NCBI GenBank assembly: GCA_021432655.1
Contig: MU271194.1
Span: 81,522-145,521, forward strand
Origin: Atractiella rhizophila
Lineage: Eukaryota
Direction of reading: 5' to 3'
Length of the DNA: 64,000 nucleotides
Position numbers and translations under genes: made by a program. The notes beneath the pieces are model-generated. The model searched no databases. It was not told the DNA's origin and was given only the letters and a program-made list of their open reading frames with translations. Below, in pieces: positions 48,722-64,000 of the stretch (within the stretch, counting starts at the first letter, position 1; every line of letters begins with the position of its first letter).

Positions 48722-50378
48722 GTCGATCAAAGCAGTGTTTTAGATTTTGCTAGTTTCTAAATGTCCCTGAAGAAAGAGGAAAAGATGGAGGAGAGACTTT
48801 TATATACTTGGAATGTTATGGCTCCGACAGCAACTCTCCTTCCACATGCAGTCAGGGTAAAGCAGGGTCGAGTGGAACGGTTCGCCACATTCCTAGCCAA
48901 TGGAAAAAGGGGACGAAGCGAGAAGAAAGACTTGGCCTCTCTGATAGGCGGAAGCAGATAATTTTCTCCACACGTGATTGCTAAACGGATTGCACGGTGA
49001 AACAAAATGTCTAGCTATGCTCTTGTTGTCCTATTGGTTAGTGATAACTCCGACTTCTTTTGATCAACCAGAAAGAAACAACATCCATGTTCATGCAGCA
49101 GAGACAGCTGGAAGCAGAACAGCAACCGAATTCGAGTGCTTTAGGAGACTGCCATGTGAGTCTTCGCTCGTAACACTATGTAGGTGCAACCTGAAGTTGT
49201 GCTAGGAAGGCTATGCAAGGCTTGAGGGAACGACTTGACTTTGTGTGATGAATGAGGACGGCGAATTCAGTTGGAGGACGAAGCGACTCTGAACGTGTGA
49301 TTGTCACTAGTCTGTGCTTTGCCAGGCAGAAGGTTCCATTTCAAGGCTGTTTCTAAATCGTCCAATGAAGAAACACCAAACGGCTTCACTATGAGACAAA
49401 AACGGTGTTGCAAAGTTTATTTCTCTGCAGAGCGATTCCAAGCATTGCGAAGACTGCATCAATCCAACATCCAACTAGGACTAGTTATTCACGCAAATAC
49501 GGTCTTTATGATAAAAAAGACATTAGACAAGGATTATCGTTAGGAGCCTAATTCACTGGTTGTTTGGCGATGACATGTCCAAAGTATTTTTCGGGTTGGA
49601 GTTCTTCGAACTGTATTATAAAAGCAAAGAGCAAGCTGGGCGGTACTGACGTCTGCAGAACCGAATAACAATTTCCTAGCCACTTCCAGAGTGCAGAACC
49701 AGCTCAGGGGAAAGGAAAGGAATTGAATCAGAGAAATGCACCAGAGATACTGCCTGTTAGCACTGGTGCTTCAAAAGTTCAAATAGTGGAAACACATTGG
49801 AAGTCTCCGAAACACAAGCCTCCTTCTTCTAAAGGTCTACGCAAAGTCATTGATCACCGATCATCTACATAATTAATCCAAGTTCAATTGCAAAAGTCTT
49901 CCGGACAGACCATTCGCAGGTTTCAGTAATACCTCACGATCCCTGCCCCCGTCCTTTTTCTCCTAAAAAGAACTCACCTGTTCACATCTCAAAATCTAAG
50001 CCTAAGCGTATTCACACTATCCAACCGCATCGCACACATCCTAGCTATTGCCCATTAAGTCCTTTGTCTTTCCTCTTGCATTTTATAGCTACTACATTAG
50101 GTTTCGTCTAACTCCCGTGGGTGTTAGTGGTCGTTGTCCAATCAAAATTGATGAATTAGGGTAGGGAGAGTTTGATTCCGCAACTCATCTTCACTCACAA
50201 ACTTTTCTTTTTTCGCCTCTTTCTCTATTCTCAATGCTTCTAAGTCATACCGCTCAAGAAGGCAATCCATTTCAAAGTACAGAACCGGATATCAACATCA
50301 GACTTCAAACATTCCAGCACATCCATCACATAACTGTTACTTTTGCACACTCAACTCCAAAAATCACGCCACTGGAAC

Positions 50379-52555
50379 CTACAAATCATCCACCAATATT
50401 TTATACCCACTCTTCAACCCTGTTTCTCTCGTATTCTTCGTCGAAAAGTCGTTGAGCGCCGAAGCTCTATAAAAGAGTGCTCTGAAATAAGCTGGGAAGT
50501 ATCTGATGAGGGGAAGAGTCGCGCTCAGATTTCCAGGAACGAAGACCATGTTTCCGCTCAATCCAGAGTTGAGTTGGTCGACAATGATTTTCGCCACTCC
50601 CTGAGGTGTCAATTTCGCTGGCATGGTGGCTCCTTTATGGTCGGCAACGATCGAGCCGAGAGGAGTGTCGATCTACCATCATGGTCATCCTGATCAGCAT
50701 TTGCGTGTGGAGGTCAGGAAGTACAGAGGTTGGAACAGACCTTCAATGGACATATACATGACGTCCTTACTTGCGGCGCATTGTACCGATACTTCAACTC
50801 TGCGCTCAGTCCTTCGTGGAATGCAACTGCTCCTGCTTTCGAGACAGCGTAGTCGACCATTCCTGGTACTGTGAGCCAACTTCATACACAGTACAATCGA
50901 ATCAGCTCCTAAGTCGAGGAGGAAGTCATGAGGGACGAGAAACGCACCCTGCAGTAGATGCAACCTGCACAATGTGCCCGTGATTTCTCTTAGCAATAGC
51001 AGGGAGAAACTCTTTGATGACAAGAAAACTGCCTGTGCTCGCGAAAAAAAGATTAATCGCAAAGTCCTACAGCGCATAACTAGGAGGGCTAGGACACGAA
51101 CCAAGGACATTGACCTTCAAAGTAAGGTCGAACTCTTTCCCCGTCAACTCCAACAGTTCCTTGCTCCTCAAAATCCCCGCATTGTTAATGATAACACTCG
51201 GCTCTCCCCATTTCTCCCTAATATCTTTCGCGGCGCGTGCGATGTCGGCTTCATCAAGGATGTTGGTTTGGTAGTAAACGACGGAAGGGTCTTTACCCCA
51301 TCTGTTTGTAAGTTGGCTGACAGTGAGGAGGAAAGGACTAACTCGAATGTGCCGGAGCTGGAGCGAGGTCGAGAGAGGCGATACGGACGCCAGGGCATTT
51401 GAGAAGGAGCTGTTCGATGATTGCTTGTCCGAGGCCACCAGCACCTTAATGGGACGCGATTAGTTGCCTAGTCTTGCACATTTGGAAAAAGGAAGTTAAA
51501 GGAATTAGGAAATGCACATGTGTTGTATGATGGTTGCAAGAACTTCCATCTAACATTTGTAGCCACGTTAGTACAACTCATTCATTGTTCTTGATTCTGA
51601 GATTCGTGTTTACGGTGTAGAGAACAGTGACTGCACGTCTTCAATGAGACGCGATTTAGTTGGCCCAGTCTTTCGCATTTGGAAAAAGAAAGTGGAATAC
51701 GAAATGGACATGAGTTGCATGATGCGTTGCAAGAACTTCCATCTAACATTTGTAGCCACGTTACGACAACTCACCCATTGTTCTTGATTCTGAGATTCGT
51801 GTTTTACTGTGTAGAGAATAGTGACTTCACGTCTTCAATGACGGCCTCTGGTCGCAATGAAGAGGGAAGGAAATAAATCATGTAGGACGCATTGTTTCCT
51901 CTCTCGAACTAGAGTGGGTGGCAAGGTTGACGCGATTGTAACTGAGTACACTCTCGCGTCACAAGTTGAGAAAAAAGTGTCACAGGCCAAAACTAGGAAG
52001 TGAAGTATGACAGAATAGAATGACCTAAACCCGGTGGTGTAGGTGGAGAAAGAAATCATGCGTTTCATTTGGAACACATTGGGAGGCAATGTTACAGTAT
52101 TCGCGGAGAAAGGCGACAGAAATGTCACATTGCGGATGTAGGGAGAAGAGCCATCCTCTTCTGCCCCATTCAGCAATTGTCCAGTTTGTGCGTTCGTCTG
52201 CTCCGAAGGAGTTATATCTGAAATCTGAGTGGAGGTTTAATACTCCCTTTTGGACTTAACTCAACTCAACCCAATTTAAAGACCTCTTTTCTGTTCTCAC
52301 TGCACGATGAAAGCACTCACCACCAGTAATAACGACCACCTCCCTCCTCCACTCCAGCCTTCTCCTCTTAAATTCCCCATTCTCGACATATCGAGCCAAC
52401 CAGTAGCTAGCCCACCTGAGAGCCATAAAAATGACTGCTCTGTGCAACCACTTGTTCTCTGCCTTCCATAGTGCAAACGAAGGATAATAAGGCGACTGAA
52501 GGTATGATCGTGCCGCAATAGCGATAGACGCAATTAAACCGAGAGTCTGCTTCAT
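50379..52555 (-). CDS. Membrane-anchored SDR (17beta-HSD11/RDH10/Tda5-like)
   Basis: WRREVVVITG-GAGGLG split by an 876-nt intron (52320-51445), PSVIINNAGI, YSKAG near the catalytic region, and PGNLSATLP. Confidence 0.85.
51448..51841. repeat. Two diverged ~195-bp direct repeats inside SDR intron 1
   Basis: Units start AATGGGACGCGATTAGTTG (51448) and AATGAGACGCGATTTAGTTG (51643). They share GCAAGAACTTCCATCTAACATTTGTAGCCACGTTA and TTGTTCTTGATTCTGAGATTCGTGTTT. Confidence 0.92.
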
Positions 52556-54413
52556 GCTTTTGAGTTGCTACTAAGTCCAAAACCGCTTCCAACGCAGAAA
52601 TTCAGGTTCTTGAGGAAGTACTCCAGGAAGGAGAGGAACCCAGTGAGTATATATACCGGAAGGGAAGCAATGATACCCGCAATTTTACCGGGGTCACCGC
52701 GCACACTACCTCATTGATTGTTGATCGAGCGAAACGCGGGGAACTGACGATGATTTCGCGGGTCACCAAGAGAGTGGCGGATGCGACGGACGGAAGTAGA
52801 CGCATTGGTGAAATGGTTAGATGTTAGAGGCACTGAAGTGCAGAATGCCTTGCAATATGTAGCTGGTGCGGTATACGCTGCGACCAATAATGGTAAAAGA
52901 AGTAGGGTGCGTGTCTTTAATTGTCGTATCGCAACTCGAAAGCATTGTAAACCTTCTCCTGTCAGCGCACTGGTACTTTGCCGGTTTATCTTGAGAATTC
53001 ATATCATGCCATACAGCCGGGCAGCTGATACGCAGTGACAACAATAGTTTGAGAATGGAAACAGAAAGCTCCTAAAGACTCATTGTGGGTGCAATTGTTC
53101 GATTCTGACGATCACGATCAGGCACTGAGTCTAGCGAGGGACCGGTCGACTATCTATTCAGAGATGAATCTTCATGTTTCAACTCGCAGGATTTATTGAC
53201 TACTAAGTAGCTCTTAGTCGATCTCTGCCCGATTCTTTCCCTACCTATTTTGTGGCGCAGGGTACTAACTAACAACCCAAAAACGTCCGTCTTGTCCCTC
53301 TTTATTCTGTTGCATTACGCGTATATTAACTGCATAGAGAATTCTTGATGAGTTGAAGAGTAGGGCTAGTTATTACTTATGCAAGATGCAGAGAAAGGGG
53401 TCATTAAGAAAAGATATGACCCCTCTCTTCACCACTCTGAATGCAACGCTGTATGTCCATTCCAGAATGCTTTTTGATACTTCTCTTCTCGTTAGGCCCA
53501 ATACCCCCCTAACAAATAGCGGTGATGCTGTTCCTGTATTGGAAAGAGGAACTTATCTCCTCGAGACCTCCCCTCTTGGGAAAAAGAGCGGAACCAACCG
53601 CTTGCCGAGAGGCAACCAGGCAACTCTGTATCTCCATCACCGTCTACTAAACAAGCGATTTCACGCGTCGCAAAGGTGCTAGGAGATACGTCTTGGATAC
53701 GGAGTACTCGCTAGCCTTGTTACTTGTGGAAAAGTCGCGAGTAGTGCTTCGTCCTGCTTGGTGTTGGGAACTGAGGTGTTGGTTTGTCCGCCTGTCTCAT
53801 GAAGGCTTTAGGCCATAAATCGTCCTGGATTTGAGATGCTTGTTCCTTACTTTCCTTATAAGTATACCTTGCATTACAAGCTAGTTCCTTCAGGCTTTAA
53901 CCTCTTCATCCTTTATCATTGTGCAGGTTGCTAGTCTGTCACGCGTTTACTTTTTGTTTTTTTTTCTCTTGCAGCCTTGGTATCGTAGAGACATTGGACT
54001 CCGATCAATGTGAAGCTACAAGGGCTCATTTTGACTTCTCAAGGACAATCCAGTGCCTTTGTCTCCTTCTGAAGTGTAGAAATGCGATCTTCAACATCTA
54101 CAATGACGCTCCACGTGGCGACCAGATCAATGGAAATGGTGACAAAAGACGGGCTTGATCAAGGACATAAAGCGACACAAACAAAGTCAGTTTATCTCTT
54201 CAATTGAACCATCTGACCCTCTCTCAGTGGACCATCACTTCCCATATATACCCCCTCTGTGAGAGAGCTGAAGGCGTCCCTCCGTTGTGAAATGAAACTG
54301 AGTAGGAGGATACAGGGAAGGATGGATGATACCATGAGGTGCGTTTTTTTGGGCAGGACGTGGGAAGGGAAGAATGGGCGTTGATTGCACTCTTGGGAGA
54401 CAGTTCAATCGTT

Positions 54414-56231
54414 ATGTCTCGCCTTCTGGACTGCCCTCGAGAGGTCCAAGATCATATTCTCAAATGTCTTCTCGACACAATCCAGAACGAAACAAATCCA
54501 GCTACGAACCCCGTTCTGAGGGTGGCGCTTCCTTTCGCGCTTACATGCAAGATCCTCTATGGAATCGCCTATCCATACCTCTACAAACACCTCAACCTCA
54601 ACGTCCCCACGAGTGGACTTCTTCGATGCGCGCAAGAAGCCAGCAAATGGGGTCAACACGTCAGGAGCGTCAACGTCCGCTTCTGCCCTCCGCAGACCTA
54701 TCCTCTGGCCTACACAAGGCAGTACCTGCTCGAGAGTATCCTTCGGTGCAAACTCCTCCGAGATATTGTCACGAAGCTTCCCTTCCTCAACTCGATCTAT
54801 TTCGATTTCGAAGAACAGATGCCAGATCGCTTTAACATCTCGCCTCCTTCCTCTCCTGCCCCTCCTCCTGCCTACGACGAAGAACCAACCACTGCCATCC
54901 GCCCACGCTCGCCACCTTTCCGCCTCCAACTCGAACATCCGAGGAACCAGCAGATCCATAACTTCAACATCAGCTTTCAACGATTCGTCGACTTCCTCTA
55001 TAGGAATGGACAAGACTCGACTGACGAGTTTAACATCTTCTCTGCCGGAGTTTCAAGCGTTCTCGATTCCTTCGTTTGCGACCCCAAGAAACTCTTCTAC
55101 ATTGAGATGAACCACCGGACGCAGTTCGATGACGATGATGCTTTCCGACAGGCGGCCATTGAGAGGTTTTACAACCGCTTCTGCCACTATTCCACGCAGG
55201 TCATTATGCGGGAGAATCGGTCAGGAGTCGAGGATATCGATGCTGAGATTACCGAAAGTCGAGTGCCACTTACCGCTGGAAAGGTCGTCCTCGTCGGCCA
55301 TTCCTTCATCGAGAAGGACTTCGCAGTCGTTCCATCTTCCAATCCATGCGTTATCGCCCATTTCTCTCTTTACAGTTGCGAACTGGACTTCATCGGCCTC
55401 CGTCTGATGCTCTCCCATCTCGCACCGACAATTCACACCATCTGCTTAAAGGACATCTCCCTCCTCACCCCGTCAACTCGCATTTCCTTCGCTGCTAACT
55501 CCATGAACTCTCTCCACAACCCCAATCGCATCCTCCAGAGGTTAGGTGACGTCCTCATCCCCAAGGTCTACATCCAAACCTTCCGAGGTCAAGGTTTGCT
55601 CGACTTTCCTCATCTCGAACACCTCGATATCAACATTGTGGACGACATGCCGTGGAAGATGGACATCTCAGATCCACGAGATCAATCCCGTAGAATGATA
55701 GCCTGCCAACAGGCGGTCCTGCACTCCTTTTCCCGGGCATTCAAACTACGTCAGCTCATCTTTGACGCTGCACGAATGGACGCTCTCTGCAACTCCTTCG
55801 AGGGAGGGATCTTCAAAGGACTTCAGTGGCTCCAATTTGGGCCTGTGGGGTCTACTTGGAGAGGTAGCGTTGAGAGGACGATGGAGGCAGCAAAGATGGT
55901 CAATGTGAACGAAGAGGATCATGTGAAGGTATTAGATCGCCTTGGAAGGAGGGTGGAGACGGTGTTTTCGAACAAGAGGATCCTGATACAGGAAGAGAAT
56001 AGGGCGTTAGTGGAGCGGCATGAGAAAGTCGATGTGGAGTGGAATCATGATTTGCCCGACGAGGTCATGGACGAAATCGGTCATCTCTTCGTGGATCCCA
56101 ATCTACCTTCCATTGAGGGTACCGATCCTCCTCAAGCTGTAAGCATTTCTCTGTCTTTCCGGCTTTGTGATTGACAGATGTGGATCTACAGTGATACCTT
56201 GTCTGACCACTCTGCATCGTGCATTTCGTAA
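54414..56231 (+). CDS. Hypothetical F-box-like protein with possible LRR/RNI-like C-terminal region
   Basis: N-terminus MSRLLDCPREVQDHILKCL...ALTCKILYGIAYPYLYKHL resembles basidiomycete F-box-like starts. One long exon plus a short terminal exon after an intron at ~56139-56177. Confidence 0.6.
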
Positions 56232-57062
56232 CTGCTCACATTTCTCATCTGTACCTTTGGAGTTGCAATATGTTCTCAGCAGTGGTTTCTTATCGATCGA
56301 TCAGTGTATAGTTTTTGTTGTCTCAAAGTCTCGACATTGTTGGAGGTGCCTCGTTCCTTCATGCTCCCATGCCATTCGTGCTCCAATTCAACTAACTATG
56401 CTTTTATGGTACATCCTTCATTGCTAGTCTCAATACATGTTTATTTACAAACTCAAGCTCCTAACTGCGGTCGCTGCAAAGGATGGTAAGACTGTGGGCA
56501 TTCCACAACTGCCTTCATTGTCGACAGTTTCTGGAAAGATCTCGTCAAAATCCCCTGTTAAAGATTACGGTCTCCTCCAGGTGATTTCTGCAAGGCTCAT
56601 GTAGGTTCTGCCTCGGTCACTTTCTTAGGTCAGTCCTTTTCTCCCATCACCACATGAATTTGAGTTGGCAAGGCAGAGGAGGGCTCACTGCGTACAAATC
56701 AATTTAAAAGCCACCTTGCCATCATCAACAACCTTGACTCCAACAGCGCGGCGCGAATATCCCTCAGGACCTGCGTCAAGACCTTCCTCAAAACCACGAG
56801 CAAACAGGCGTTATTTGCTCAACGCTCAAACTCTTGCTCGGAGCCACCATGTAGCCCACTATATAAGCACCCACTGCAGCTTTTCTCGCTTGTCATTTGT
56901 ACACTCCTCATTTCAAATTACCTCCCGCGAAATTCACTTCCACAACAACCCACAACAACATTTATTGCTTTTGAACCTTCCATGTAAGGGTGCAGTCTAC
57001 ACGCTACCCTCAATCGAGCGACGCGTTAACGAGATGACTATAGCGAATTGCGAATTGTCACG

Positions 57063-63734
<6,672 letters not shown>

Positions 63735-64000
63735 AAGACTGTGATGCCCCGCGTGAATTGCGAGGATGACGTATTACGAGACTCTCAGCATTGAGGATGT
63801 TAGTTAGTACAGATACATGTATTTGCACACCTTTTCGCGAAAATGAAATCCTCCCGTCTTATATAAATTTATGAAAACAGGGTTTGGGTTTGGGTTTCGT
63901 ATTTTGATCTTCAGGATTTCAAATTATGGCGCGGCGTGATTGAACCGACCCGCCAACCTCCACTTCGTTCAAAATCTTTCTGCTTCAGTAAGCGTCCGGT

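Noticed and set aside
49243..49292. Box C (GTGATGA) and box D (CTGA) pair
   Set aside because: Only ~50 nt, with no terminal stem or rRNA antisense element recognised.

Overview
This is eukaryotic DNA, not prokaryotic: an intron-dense fungal, basidiomycete-like segment with mostly ~45-60 nt GT-AG introns, CTRAC/CTRAT branch points and several micro-exons. The six-frame ORF track therefore fragments or misses most genes, and I built the gene models by manual splicing. About 24 protein-coding loci are supported: acetoacetyl-CoA synthetase (3' part), MFS transporter, NAP-family chaperone, PC4/Sub1, two SDRs, Bmt5-like methyltransferase, flavin monooxygenase, Rei1, Ady2/Gpr1, Rps27, Rvs161, a Zn2Cys6 factor, Mtc1, LMW-PTP, elongin C, a rhomboid, a carotenoid oxygenase, an F-box-like protein, a Ycf1-like ABCC transporter and several orphans. 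There is also an intron-containing tRNA-Asn(GTT), a 1.65 kb tandem duplication, a 13-bp minisatellite and a 195-bp intronic duplication. The most notable observations are: (1) two paralogous ~73-89 aa PY-motif micro-proteins sharing the C-terminus DGKxExxRxxRNDRW*; (2) a probable intronic snoRNA in REI1; (3) a Pcp1/PARL-like rhomboid lacking its catalytic His; (4) two lesions in the ABCC gene, a frameshift and an AT donor; (5) a T-depleted, probably artefactual tract at about 860-1090. No intact transposon or CRISPR array was seen. All family assignments come from motif recognition; no database search was run.
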